DNA of 64,000 nucleotides from Lama glama. Lineage: Eukaryota. Shown here one piece after another: positions 39,797 through 52,310 of this stretch (positions within the stretch are counted from its first letter, which is position 1; each line of letters begins with the position of its first letter). The stretch is taken from the NCBI GenBank assembly GCA_028534125.1, contig CM052817.1, positions 29,266,001 to 29,330,000 of the forward strand, written 5' to 3'. A program made the translations under genes and the position numbers. The notes under the pieces were generated by a model. That model searched no databases, was not told where the DNA came from, and saw only the letters and a list, made by a program, of their open reading frames with translations.

Positions 39797-40049
39797 TGTA
39801 AGTAGAAAGACCCAACAAGCAGTCAGTTTGAAATTCAGGTCTGGAGTTCAATGGAGAGACCAATTTTAGAGCCACAGATTTGGAGGAGACCTGTAATTGA
39901 CCACCAAAGCCTTTTTTCTTCTTACTAGATACACAGATAGTCTCAATTTCTTAGTTTGCTTTCTGTAGGTGAGCCTTTGTGACTTACTTCTAACCAATGG
40001 AATTTGAAGGACAGAGGGAGGGAGGGACCAAGGGAGGGAGAGAGAGAAC

Positions 40050-40237
40050 TTAAAATGAAAACATGGAAGCCACAGTCTTTCATAACCTGATCTGGGGACT
40101 GGAATTACCATCACTCTGACGTATGATATGGAAGGCAAACCCTGATGCACTGTGGGTGGGGACTGGTTAACAATGTAAGTAACAGAATGCAGAGATCATG
40201 GTGGGTTACCTAAGATTTTTAAAGACTGGCTACCACA
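40050..40237 (-). mobile_element. MaLR LTR fragment (MLT1F-like)
   Basis: GGAAGCCACAGTCTTTCATAACCT...ACTGGCTACCACA. Confidence 0.6.
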
Positions 40238-40406
40238 GAGGCTCATCCTTTATAACAGATAGTGCTACCCTTATCAATGTCAATAGTTCTATTTGTCTTT
40301 CATTAAGAATCAGTAGAGTTCCTTGCATGTGAGGGTTTGGTTTGAAATGAAAGGATAGTGAAAAACTGAAAACAAATTGTAATAAACAGTGAATGTTTTA
40401 AGTATT

Positions 40407-40760
40407 TGTTGTAAACTGAACTGTGTCCCTCCAAAACTCACATGTCGAAGCCCTGACCACCAGTGTGACTGTATTTAGAGATGGGGCCTTTATGGACGTA
40501 ATTAAGGTTAAATGAAATCATAAGGGTGGGGCTATGATCCCATAGAATTAGTGTCCTTATAAAAAGAGACAACAGTGCTCTTTCTGCCATGTGTGGACAC
40601 AACAAGAAGATGGCAGACCACCTACAAGCCAAGTAAAGACCTCTGACCACATTGGCACCCTGATTTCAGACTTCCAGCACCAAGGAGTGTGAGAAAATAA
40701 ATTACTGTTTAAGCCTCCAAGTTTATGGTATTTTGCTATGACAGCCCTGGCTAATGAATG
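40407..40760 (+). mobile_element. MaLR solo LTR (MLT1A-like)
   Basis: TGTTGTAAACTGAACTGTGTCCCTCCAAAA...GACTTCCAGC...AATAAATTACTGTTTAAGCC. Confidence 0.9.
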
Positions 40761-40863
40761 TGGCATCCATTTGTAGAAGGTCCATCTAATGCTATACCAG
40801 AGTATAAAGAGACATATATCTGAAAGGTGTCATTGTCATGCAGAGGAAAAGCCGTATCATAGG

Positions 40864-41248
40864 TGTTAAAGTAACCAGAACAGGCCCAAGATACAATTGC
40901 TGATGCTAAGCCCCATGACAGCAAACCAAACCTAAGCTTCTACACTTAGCTCCCATAGAAAAGGAAAGCCTGAGTCAACTAGCCAGTGGTGGCCTGTCCA
41001 GCACAAGTTGACTAGCCCAGCTCCCAGACTTCCCTTTGCTCCGTGTGAGGAAAGCAACCCAGCTTTAACCAATCGGCAAATGCCCAGTATAATTTACTTT
41101 TTTCTGCTCAATTTGGTCTGTAAAAATCTCTTGCCTTGTGCATTTCTTTGGAGCACCTCTCTATCTGCCAGACCATATGGTGCTTGATTCATGAATCACC
41201 GAATATAAGCCTACTAGCTCAGTATGTTGTGGAAAATTTCGTTCAATG
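40864..41248 (+). mobile_element. Short ERV1-type solo LTR
   Basis: TGTTAAAGTAACC start, AACCAATC CCAAT box, GATTCATGAATC; 4-bp TAGG on both flanks. Confidence 0.6.
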
Positions 41249-41439
41249 TAGGAAAATCAGTTTTAGGAATGGTCCATGGCCAGGCTGTTGAGAACCTTTG
41301 GTTTTGGATCTGGAGTGAAGGGGAGAACTTGGGAACGGAGCCAGACTCAATTCTACGTTGTCAGAATGGAAGGTGCTGGAATTCAAAAAACGAGAGCCCC
41401 AGATAGCAAGGAAAAATGAGAGAAAAGAAGAGCCTCAGG

Positions 41440-41650
41440 CTACAGATGGGCTTTGATTTCTGGAAGATACTGGTTTGAATCTCATCTCTACCAGTAATTA
41501 TACTCTGAGTTGATTTACTTGGGTTTGCTGTTCTCACTCCTAAAATTAGGATATTAAAATATACTTCATTAGGTTATTTTAAGAGATACACTACGAAGCA
41601 TGTAAAATACCTGATAGTGTCATTGTAGAGAAGCACTCAATACGTACTTG
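41440..41650 (+). mobile_element. MIR
   Basis: GGTTTGAATCTCATCTCTACCA...TAAAATTAGGATATTAA...GCATGTAAAATACC...GCACTCAATA. Confidence 0.65.
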
Positions 41651-41899
41651 ATGAAGTGCCTAACATTTTGAGTGTATGGCTTGAAGTAAACTGAATATTA
41701 TAGACTGCTCTAAATTCATTAGTAGTACCTATTCCAGTGATGAATTTCATTCGGTAATCACAATGTATGACTTTTTATACCTTTTATTTTGAATGGAGAA
41801 GGCAAAAATATGATCTAAGTATCAACAGATTAAATTTTTGAAATGTTAAGTTGAGGGTTTTTAATTGTAGTTGGGTTTAGTAAGGAAATGTTGATGTTT

Positions 41900-42130
41900 T
41901 TTGAGTCCAAATGTGTATAGCATGATAGAAAATAATAATTAATATCAGGAACTCATAATTTTACACAGATAGTCCCATTGAATTTTCATCATGGCTTTTT
42001 TGATAGGCATTGGGTGTTATGTTCCCCCTTTTTATTCATAAAGAAACAGAAGCTTAAAGTGATTGTCCAAGATTACAGTCAGTTACTGGCAGAGCAAGAA
42101 TTCAAATGCAAAACTTCTGACTGTCTAAAG
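41900..42130 (-). mobile_element. MIR
   Basis: AAAGTGATTGTCCAAGATTACAGTCAGTTACTGGCAGAGCAAGAATTCAAA. Confidence 0.65.
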
Positions 42131-42629
42131 AATAAGGGCATACTATCTGCTTTACAAGGCTATTGTTAGCATTAAAATAGAGAATAAACCTAAAGAATGA
42201 GGAAGCACCAAGCATAATGATTCCTTCAATTTAAATAGTGAAATGAACCATTCCTTCCACCTGCCTTTAGCCCCCACATATCATGTGCTTTCTAATTCCA
42301 GCACCTTAGAGTTCAGAATCTGCATTATAGAATGAGTTAGCAAAAAATTTGAATTAAATCTGTTTAAACAAAAGAGATTATAGGTTTCAGTTATCAAATA
42401 ACCCATTGAATGTAACAAGATCAACCTAGACATTGCATGATAGATTGTCTACCACAGTTCTTCTAAGAGATTTTCATTATTGACCTGGACAGGGTATGCT
42501 CATTAAATTTGTGGCTGATAGATATTAAAAGCAGAGGTTAAAAGGAAGATGATGTGTAAAAGAGAGAGTTGAACTTCAAAGTGACACAAATAATTTGGAG
42601 AAGAAATCAGGGCAAAGTGAATTGTTTGA

Positions 42630-42865
42630 TCAAATATCCATGTAACAGATATTTGAGTGTTTACTACATGCACTGGGGATTCAGCAGTGAAAAAGCAAAA
42701 CAAAACACAAATGTCTCTCCTTGGGAAGCTTACATTCTAGTGCTAAGAGAAAGATCATCAATAAATATGTATATGATGTATCATAAATAAAAGAGTAAGG
42801 GAGGTAGGGAGAACTGGGGATTTATTTTATATAGGATGGTCAGGAGAGGTCTCATGGTCAAGTAA
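42630..42865 (-). mobile_element. L2 fragment
   Basis: ATATTTGAGTGTTTACTAC...CACTGGGGATTCAGCAGTGAA...AGCTTACATTCTAGTG. Confidence 0.8.
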
Positions 42866-43779
42866 TGCTACTCAATTATTTATTCAATGTGTTCATTGAT
42901 TTGATAATACTTGTCTGGAGTGTTGCCTCTAATAGGCACTGGACAGTCTCATGATCTAGTAAGTAACGATGGTCATGTTTGTGGAGATAATTCAGTTTCA
43001 TGATTATTAAGATTTGTGGCAATAAATTTGCCTTTGAAAATCTTTTGAATTTTGAATATTCTTTCAAGAAAATGCCTACATGTACAAATAGAAAATATTG
43101 TCCATTTTAGAGATTCCCTGAAACTAAAATTCAAGGTTAAGAAGCCCTTACTAGGGGCTGAAATTACAATCTGGCTAAAAGCCAGCAGCATAGAGCTATT
43201 TCTTAATTTCAAGTGAAAAGTAAGTCTTGTATTTCAAGTGGGCAAAATTACTGTATGTAATTATAATATTCTAAACTTAGAGAAGAAAAGAACCATGAAG
43301 ACAGGTAAATGTGTGGAAGAAGAAAGCATCTGGATGGACTCCTTATATTGGGAGAAAGGAGGTTCCAAAAAATACTGACTATTCTTGAAATGAACAAATG
43401 ATTATTTTGTAATAGCTTTACTTCCTATGCAATATATCATAATTTTTATGTAGTTATAGTATGAAATGATACATGCAGATATTAAGAAAACTATTTATAA
43501 AGGCATCTTTGTTTTTTACTTTTCTCTCCTCCACCCCACCCCCACCACATTTTGTTTCAGTTCTCCGTTTATGTTCACTTCATTGGCTTCAAGGCATTAG
43601 CAAACTGACTCTGATTGTGACATTCAGTGTGTTGTTGTCCTCATAGAAGCACAGCCCTTCAACTCTAGATGTGACATCACATCACTTTGTTTAATTGATG
43701 TTATAGTTGAAGTTGAGACAGAGTGCCTTGGCTCAGTTCACACATTTAGTTATATTACAAAATAATGACTAGTATTTCA

Positions 43780-43940
43780 TGAAAAGTTAGTATGAACCAG
43801 GCACTGAAAAAGCTAGGCAGTAATGCTATGTCCACTTTAAAATGTGGAAACTGAGCCAGAGAGAGGATACATTAGTAGCCCAGGATCACAATATTAGTAA
43901 GTAGCTGAGTTGGAATTGAAGGCCGGCTTCCTGCTTCATA
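43780..43940 (-). mobile_element. MIR
   Basis: ATGTGGAAACTGAGCCAGAGAG...CCCAGGATCACA...AGTAAGTAGCTGAG. Confidence 0.7.
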
Positions 43941-44639
43941 GGTTCCCCCCACAACGGTTGCATGCCACTCAAGTCTTCAGGCTCCAAATTCTCTGCAATT
44001 TACACCGCCCTTCACTGCCTCCATCCCAAACTCACCAACTTCCTATTCTTTTATAGCTCCAACCCTTGGTTCCCTAAATTGTGCAGTCAGAGACAGGTGG
44101 AAGATTGCTGTGAAAAGCGCAGGCAGAAGCACTCCTGTTTAGCCTCTTTATGTATCTATTTTTCCTACAGATTGGGGTATTTTCACATTATGCATACTTA
44201 TTCATTCTGCCAAAAAATTCTTTTAACGCTGTTAAAGCTGTAGTCAATTTTCTCAGTTTGATGTTCCAAAGGAGCCTGCTGTGTCTTTTTCATTCTGTGC
44301 AAAAATAAGCATGACAGGATCCACCAGCTGCTGAAGTCATTGCGCTGCTTAAAAACTTGCTGTTTGTTTTCTCCATTGTTTTATTTTTATGGTTTCAGAA
44401 TTTGAGCAGCATTTAATTTCTCTCTGCTTTATATTTTCCTTTAGAGGAAGAATGCACTGGTATTTGTATGTGTTGTAGGAATAGCCTCAAAGAGAGACAT
44501 TAGTCCTCAAATATCCATGACCACTGAATACTAAATACTGCAACCTACTTACAAACAAAACCAAACCCAAAAATGAACCAAACAACAAAAAAATCCTGCA
44601 AACCAGAAAGTACGGAAATCCTCAGAAGAGTATGGCAGT

Positions 44640-44990
44640 TGTACTCTTTTCCTGAAATACAAAGATGTTTTTACTGTATCTTCTCTGGAGAGAATTCTGA
44701 CAGTATTTACCAAAAACCTTGAATTTATTCACATCATTTGATCTAGTGATTACACATCTTGAAATGCATACGAAAATGTATAATGTCGCTTCTTTTGTAA
44801 AAGGAAAGCAGTCAGAAGCTAAGTGTTCAGCAATAGGGCATTCATTGAATGAATTGATACAATCACACAATAAATTATTATAGAGCCATTATAAATACAT
44901 TATTTATATGTATTTAATAATACGGGAGGTCATTCATAATTTTTGATTAAGCCGTAAAGCAAAACAAATTTTATGGCATAGTATGAACCA
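44640..44990 (+). mobile_element. Old L1 (L1ME-like) fragment
   Basis: ACAGTATTTACCAAAA...CTAAGTGTTCAGCAATAGGG...ATAGAGCCATTA. Confidence 0.55.
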
Positions 44991-46434
44991 TCCCGTATTT
45001 TCATAAGGTTATGACTGGAAAAATTACCTCCAGATAATTCATTTTACACAAATATCTGATTGCTAATCTTGCCACTTTTTATATCTTCGAGCCTAACCTA
45101 CTGACTTCTTGCCCACTATATGTTCTATGTGCTGGGGAAGTAAAAAGGGAATTAGAACAAATAAGATCTGTCCCTGTTTTCAAGATGCTTACCAGTTACC
45201 AATGATGAAGGTATTAAACAAACCAAAAAAGTTCTAATGAGGACCACTAGGAGGGTGAAAGACAGGATCTTACAAAGGGCTGCAAAGGAGAAGATGTTTG
45301 CCTACTAGGAATGAAAAGAATATAGGATTGTCTAGTTTTGTAAACTTGAATTTATTTATTTACTGATTAGGTTCCTATGGATTCTTGAAAGTTAAGCCTA
45401 ACACGTTTTTACTCTTCCAAAGCTTGGAGTGATTTTCTCCTTTTGACCTCCTCTAGCACTGTTTCTCAGCTAACTCATTTGGTACCTAGCAAATACCCAA
45501 TTTTTATGTCCATCTCAACTTTAATTCTCAACATGGTGGGAAATTCCTTCAAAGCGAAGATAGCCATTTCTCCTGACTCTGCACAGAATTTATTATGGAA
45601 TTCAATTTATTTAAATAGCTGTTGGACAGAAAGTCACCATTCAAGGCTAGTCACAAGTGATGTATGTTCTATATGAAGACAAGGTAAGTACACACAATCT
45701 CTTTAGGAAAACATACATAATCTCCCACTCCTTTAGTTCCAGGCTAAAAGACTTCCCTATTAAGATAATTTCTACCCCCATACTATTAAACACCTCTAAA
45801 AGGATAGAACTCAACCTTCAGGAAACATGCTAGAGAGGACAGAATATGATCTCTGGAATCAGACGCATCTACATTTGAATTCTAGCTCCTAAATTTCTAG
45901 CTGTGTGACCTTCAGCATGAATTACAGTCAACAACAGGGAAACAGGAGCAGATCTAAAACGTTAGGGGGATTTCAGGAGGTAATCTTGGTGAGTACCTTA
46001 ATTTCTTTTTTTTTTTTTTCATTTGCTGTGTAATTTTTTTAAATTGAGAAGTAGATGATTTACAATATTAGTTTCTGGTGTACAAAAGGGTTATTCAAAA
46101 TTTCTATAGATTATACTTCGTTACTAGTCATTGTAAAATACTGGCTATATTCCTTGTGCTGTCCAATATGTGCTTGTAAGTTGGCATAGTAGCTTGTATC
46201 TCTTAATCGCCTCCCCCTATCTTGCCCCTCCTGCCTTTCCTCTCTCCCCTATTTAGCACTAGTTTGTTCTCTAAGAGTCCATTTCTTTTTTGTTACATTC
46301 AGTAATTTGTTTTATTTTTCAGATCCCTTATGCAAGTGATAACATATAATATTCGTCTTTCTCTGTCTGACTTTTTCACTAAGCATGATACCCACAGTGT
46401 TGCAAATGGTAAAATGTCATTTATGTGCACACAG

Positions 46435-47115
46435 ACTCCCTTGTGGCCTGCAGAGGTTCTGCTGAAAAGAGAGCTTATAGCTTGTGGGAGTTCCTGTCTA
46501 TGGAACTTGGTGTTTTCCCCTTGCTGCTTTTAATATTCTCTATTTATCTTCAGGTTTAGCATTTTAACTACAATGTGGTCCTCTTTGGGTTGATCCCCTT
46601 TGGGACTCCCTGTACTCCATGGACTTGGTATCTGTTTCTTTTCCCAGGTTAGGGATGTCTTCAGCTATTACGTCTTCAAATACTTTTCTCCTCTGTGAGC
46701 CCTATAATGTGAGTATTAACGCACCGGGTATTGTCCTGAAGGTCTCTAACTGTCCTCATTTCTTCCTTTCCTTTCCTTTCTTTCATTTTTCTATTCAGTT
46801 TCAGTGATTTCCACTGTCTGTCTTCCAGCTCACTGATTTGCTCCTTTGTATCATTTTTTCTCCTATTTTTCCTTTCTAGTGTGTTTGACATTTCAGTTAT
46901 TGATCTGTTTCGTTCTTTATATTTTCCAGAGTTTTGTTAAGAAATTCTAACTTCTCTCTGTTCATGACGTCTCCTGAGTTCTCTGATCGTCCTTGTAGTC
47001 ATTACCTTGAACTCTTTCTTAGGTAGATTGCCTGTCTCTGCTTGACTTAGTTCTTCTTCGGGGGTTTTTATCTTGTTTCTTTCTTTGGAACATGTTCCTC
47101 TGTTGCCTTATTTTA
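46435..47115 (-). pseudogene. Degenerate L1 ORF1p (N-terminus, coiled coil, start of RRM)
   Basis: ORF track 46676-46891 gives EQISELEDR...VRDLQDNTRCVNTHIIGLTE, matching L1 ORF1p (EERISELEDR...LRDLWDNIKRTNIRIIGVPE); frameshifted. Confidence 0.85.
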
Positions 47116-47159
47116 CCTAACTTTCTGTTTTTATTTCTATGCATCTGATATGTTGGTTA

Positions 47160-48287
47160 CACTTCCCGACCTTGGAAAAGTGGGCTTTTGTAGGAGACGT
47201 CCTACGCGCCCCTGCAGGGCATGCGCCTCGGGTCACGAGAGCCATACACTCTAGAGCACCCGCTATGTGAGCTGCGTGGGTTCTTCTGTTGTGGGGAGCT
47301 GACTGCTGTGGGTGATTTTGGTGGATGTGGTTTGTCCCAAGGCTAGAGCAGACTCACTGGTGGGTGAGGCTGGAGTTAGGTTAGGAGATTCTGGGGCCTG
47401 GTACTTGCCAATTAGTGGGTGGAACTGGCTCCAGGGTCTAGTGCCTGTGCGCTTGTGTGGGGCCTGCACTAGGCCCTCTGGTGGGCAGGGCAAGGTCCAG
47501 AGGTGGCTGTGGATTCTGGGAGTCTTAAGGGTGGCCTGTCTACTGGTGGGTGGGGCTGGGTCCTTGCCCAGTTAGTTGCTTGGCCTGAGTCATCCCAATA
47601 CTGGCTGGTAGCCAAGGGCAGGCTGGGTCCTGAGGCTGATAAACTAGCAGGAGGATTCCAAAATGGTGCTTGACAGCACCAGTGTCCATGTGGTAGAAGG
47701 GGCTCCCCAAAATGGCTGTCCCCGGTGTCTGTGTCCTGAGAGTGAGCTCCAATTGCCTCCTGGCTCTCTGGGAGACTCTCCAAGATCAGAAGTTAGGTCT
47801 GACCCAGGCTGCTTTGAAACTACTGCGTCTGCCCTGAGTGCTGGAGCATGTGAGATTTTCTGTGTGACCTCTTAAGAGTGGAGTCTCTATTTCCCACAGC
47901 CTTCTGGATCTCCTAATAGTAAGTCCCACTGGCCTTCAAAACCATTCTGGGGGCTTGTCTTCCCAGGGCAGGACCCTTGGGCTGGAAGACTGAAGTGAGG
48001 CTTAGCCCCCTTGCTCCTTGGGAAGAATCTCTGCAGTTGTAATTATTTTCCCATTTGTGGGTTGCCCACCTTGGTTCATGACTCTTGACTATTCCATGAC
48101 TCTGCTCCTCTTACCCATCTCATTGTGGTTTCTTCTTTATATATTTAGTTGTAGAAGCTTTTATTTTTTCTTGTGGTTTCCAGTCTTTTTCATCAATAGT
48201 TGTTCTGGAAATAGTTGTAATTTTTGTGTGCCCATGAGAGAAGGTGAGCTAAGGGTCTTTCTACTCTGCCATCTTGGGAACTCCATT
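47160..48287 (-). promoter_or_regulatory. L1 5'UTR / internal promoter remnant
   Basis: GC-rich tract relative to the window; YY1-like CAAGATGGC at the L1 5' end. Confidence 0.65.
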
Positions 48288-48428
48288 CTTAATTCCTTTC
48301 TTTATGTAACTTATATAACGATAGATTCTCTTGACCTCTGCTGTAGTCTAAGTAGCATCATTTTTCCTCTAGTTAATGCAATAACCTTCTGAATGATCTC
48401 TCTTATTTACATCCTTGCCTTTCATTCC

Positions 48429-48814
48429 TGTTATGGCTGAATTGTGTTGTCCAAACTTTCATATATTGAAGTCTTAACCTCCAGTACCTCAGAATGGGAC
48501 TGCATTTAAAGACAGGCTCTTTAAAGTGTTAATTATGTTAAGATGAGGTTACTTAGGTGGACTCTAATCCAACCTGATTGGTGTCCTCATAAGAAGAGGA
48601 TATTTGGACAGGGCAAGTATAGAGATAAGACAGTGTGAAGACACAAAGAGAAAATGGCCATTGCAAGAGAAGGAGAGAGCCCTCAGAAGAAACCAACCCT
48701 TCATGCACCTTCATCTTGGACTTCTAGCCTCCAGACTGTGAAAAGATAAATTTCTATGTTTTAGGCTACCCACTCTCTGGTGTCCTATTTTGGCAGCCCT
48801 AGCAGACTAATACA
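48429..48814 (+). mobile_element. MaLR solo LTR (MLT1B-like) inserted in L2
   Basis: TGTTATGGCTGAATTGTGT...CAGTACCTCAGAATG...GGCAGCCCTAGCAGACTAATACA. Confidence 0.9.
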
Positions 48815-49480
48815 GTTCTCTCCTGAAATAACAGGGAGACCCTTTAAAATTTTAAAATGTCTAAATCATATAGTACACCTGTCCCTACTCCCAGTCCCCC
48901 AAGACAATTACCTCCAAGTCTTCTAATGGATTCCCATCATTAAAGTAAAATCCTAAGACCCACGTAGCACAGGTGAGTACTCCGTGAGAATCTGGGTTGT
49001 TTCTCTTACCTCATTTTCTATCTTTCTTCTAGTCCTTCAGTGTGGTCTTGCTGTATTGACCTTCTTTCTGTTCCTCAAACACATCACATTAATTCCTATC
49101 TTAAAAATCATTTTATTTGCTGTTACTGCAGCCTGAAAGATCTTCTTCCAAAAATGTACACGTTCAATCTGATGGTGTTCTGGTTTCTTCAAATGTCATC
49201 ACCTCAGTCTTCCACTAATCACCCTATCTAAAATGGGCAACCTCCTATCATTCTATGTCTTTTTACTTGGCTTTCTTTCTTTCCTTAGTACTTATTGCTG
49301 ACAGATGTATTATACAAATACTCTCTTAAATTATTTCTGTGTTTGTACATAACCTCCTTCCACTATAAGATAAAACCCTTGAGAATAGGGACTCTGTTTT
49401 GCTCTGTTTTACTCACTCTTGTAATCTCAGTGCCTAGAAATCACTTTTCAAAAAGTGTGAGTACTCAAGACGTTTTTGTA
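48815..49480 (+). mobile_element. L2 3' region
   Basis: CCTTCTTTCTGTTCCTCAAACAC...CAAATGTCATCACCTCAG...ATCTCAGTGCCTAGAA. Confidence 0.75.
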
Positions 49481-49513
49481 GTAACACATATAGCTATTAA
49501 ATGCTGTTTCTTA

Positions 49514-49652
49514 GGGGCAGGGTATAGCTCAGTGTTAGAGTGCAAAAGCACAAGGTCCTGGGTTCAATCCCCACGGTACCTCCATTAAAATAAATAAATA
49601 AACAAACAAACCTAATAAACGCCCCAAAAAAGCCAACCAACCAAATAAAAAA
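49514..49652 (+). mobile_element. tRNA-derived SINE (camelid Vic-1-like)
   Basis: GGGGCAGGGTATAGCTCAGTG (A box)...GGTTCAATCCC (B box), A-rich tail, TSD AAATG(C/G)TGTTTCTT at 49499-49512 and 49653-49666. Confidence 0.9.
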
Positions 49653-49739
49653 AAATGGTGTTTCTTTAGTTAATACCATGGAAGAAGTTGCCGTATTTCA
49701 TTTAATGAGCATATAAAGGGAAAAAAATACATGAATCAA

Positions 49740-50412
49740 CTTACCATATGATTCAGCAATCCCACTCCTGGGCATACATCTGGAGAGAACTCTAATTTGA
49801 AAAGATACATGCACCCCAATGTTCATAGCAGCACTACTTACAGTAGCCAAGACATTTAGGAAACAACCTAAATGTCCATTGACAGATGATTGGATAAGGA
49901 GATTGTGGTATATTTAAACAATGGAATACTACTTAGCCATAAAAATCAATAAAATAATGCCATTTGCAGCAACATGGATGGACCTGTAGATCATTATTCT
50001 AAGTGAAGTAAGTCAGACAAAGAAAACTACCATATGTTATTACTCATATGTAAAATCTTTAAAAAAAATATGCAAACTTATTTACAAAATGGAAGTAGAC
50101 TCAAAGACATAGAAAACAAACTTATGGTTACCGGTGGGGGAAAAGGAGTGGGAAGGGATAAATTGGGAGTTCAAAATTAGCATATACTAACTACTGCATA
50201 TAAAATAGATAAACAACAAGTTTCTTCTGTATAGCACAGGAAACTATATTCAATATCTTATAGTAACCTATAATGAAAAAGAAAAAGAAAATGGATATAT
50301 ATATATATATGTATATATATATATCTCACTGGGCTGTACACCAGAAATTGACACAACATTGTAAAATGACTATACTCCAATAAAAAAAGAAAAAAAAGAA
50401 AATCACACACAC
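49740..50412 (+). mobile_element. 5'-truncated lineage-specific L1 (ORF2 C-terminus + 3'UTR)
   Basis: CAGCAATCCCACTCCTGGGCATA...TGCAGCAACATGGATGGACC...TATACTCCAATAAAAAA; 18-bp TSD AAAAAATACA(T/G)GAATCAA at 49722-49739 and 50413-50430. Confidence 0.93.
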
Positions 50413-50659
50413 AAAAAATACAGGAATCAATGTGTCTTCTTTTAGGATGAAACACAACTTAAAATAGCAAAGCAGTAAAAGAGCCCAAAAAAACCTTCAA
50501 ATATTAGCCAAATCTAATCCATAGACTATGTTGGTTTTGTCACGTCCACCTTGTCTTATCAGATTGTTATTATAGAAATCATTGGATGGTCAATTGCGGT
50601 TACTGGGGCTATAAGAAAATTTTATAATTTATTTGGTTCAGCCCTTTTTAGTGCTATAT

Positions 50660-50830
50660 GAGTATAAAACTTGGTTCTGATCTTAGTCTGTCATTTAGTA
50701 AATCAATGACCTGAGACAAATCTTTTAATACTACTGAACCTAACTGCTTCATCTGTAAACTATGAATAATAATATCAGCCCTGCCTGTCACATGGGGTTA
50801 TAGCAAGTTTCCATTTTAATAATGCATTTA
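50660..50830 (+). mobile_element. MIR
   Basis: ATGACCTGAGACAAATC...CTTCATCTGTAAACTATGAATAATAAT. Confidence 0.7.
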
Positions 50831-51889
50831 TTTTGTTATCTGAAAAACACTCTGCAATGATGAGCGGCAGTGTGGTCTTAGTGACAGTCCAATCAAAATT
50901 GGGAACAAATACAGTTTTCTGTCCCTAGGATTTTCATTGCTGTGACACAGTCCTCAAACTAGCACCAGAATTTAAAGAAGCAACATAATTGGAAATCCTT
51001 GTACTATTAGATCTAAGGATATTTTATCTGATATGATAAAATATTAATTTAGTGACCGCATCACATAATTAGCAGGAAATGTATTATGCATTGCCCTTCA
51101 AGGACCTATGAGAATAGTCCATAGGACTTGCAAATTTCACAGGAAGGCAGGCCCTGAGAAAGTCCAGCTAAGGCAAAGTCTATTGACATCTCGAGGAATG
51201 AGCTGGTAGAAAATACCCTGACTCTGTGGACAGCTGGGATGTTGTGTCACAGAGAAGTAGATCACAGAGTGGGAGTGGTAAGGAGTACCTGCAGTTGGAC
51301 AAGAAAAGAGGATGAGAAAATCACTTTGAATTACTAAAAATTTTCTTAGACCTGTTCTCTACTGTTTATTGCCTCTTGAGAAATCATGCTATTACATGGA
51401 ATTTACATAATTATTAAAAACTAATGGTGGTACTATTCAAATGGAAAAATAGAAGTCTCCAAGATTATATTTCATTTATGAGATCACTTTTTTTTTATAG
51501 CTTTTCCTTCAGTTAGATGTGTTTAAATGTAAAAATACCTTTTTTAACATCATTTAAATTTATGAAGCAAAATGTAAAATTCAGGCATATAGTATAAAGT
51601 TTTAAACATAGTCTTATTTAGTAATGATTATGATTCAAATAGATATTATAAATAAAAGAAAAAGCCATAACTAGTTTTTGGAACAGAACTATAAATATGG
51701 ATGTAGTGATGAAAGTGTATAATATTTTTCTTTTTTGTGAATATAAATCCCTGTTCAATCTTTAGTTCACTTCTGCATGTATTTGAATATGTGCTGTGGT
51801 ATACCATTTATGAAAAATGCAAATAATACTTAAAAAGAGAAATTACCATTCATTTAACAATCTGACAGGGTTTGGTTTCAAAAAGGCTT

Positions 51890-52310
51890 GAATTACATAA
51901 CAGAATTTGAGTGATGGAGAACAGATCAGTGGTTGCCAAAGATTAGGGCTGATTATTTAAGGTGTTAGTATGAGAAAAATGTGATACCTTCTTTGCAGTA
52001 ATAGAGCAGTTCTGTATCCTGATTGTGATGATGGTTACAGAAATTTGCCCCTCATATAAATATATGCATAATACATACACAAACAAGATTGAGTGTAGAA
52101 ACCTTTGACATCTGTATAGAATCTGAACCTGACTTAATGGTATTATATCAGTGTCAACTTCCTGGTTTTGACAGTGCACTGTGGTTATGTAGGTAAGATG
52201 TAATCATTGAGGGAAGTTGGGTGAGGATAAAATCATAATTCTCTTTACTATTTTTGTAACTTGTAGTGAGAAGTTATTTTAAAATAAAAAGTGTTAAAAG
52301 AAGAATAAAT
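51890..52310 (+). mobile_element. Old L1 (L1MC-like) 3' end
   Basis: ATGGAGAACAGATCAGTGGTTGCCA...GTCAACTTCCTGGTTTTGA...AAAATAAAAAGT. Confidence 0.8.

Larger units (their letters stand above)
46009..48287 (-). mobile_element. Internally deleted L1: 5'UTR + ORF1 5' part joined to ORF2 end/3'UTR/poly-A
   Basis: 5' end CAAGATGGCAGAGTAG on minus strand; ORF1-like peptide; L1 3' terminus and poly-T at about 46006-46045; TSD CTTAATT(T/C)CTTT at 45997-46008 and 48288-48299. Confidence 0.88.

Noticed and set aside
47160..48290. GC-rich region with several overlapping ORFs suggesting a gene or CpG island
   Set aside because: Explained by the L1 5'UTR.
49514..49580. tRNA-like sequence
   Set aside because: No complete cloverleaf; the A-rich tail and TSD show it is a SINE.
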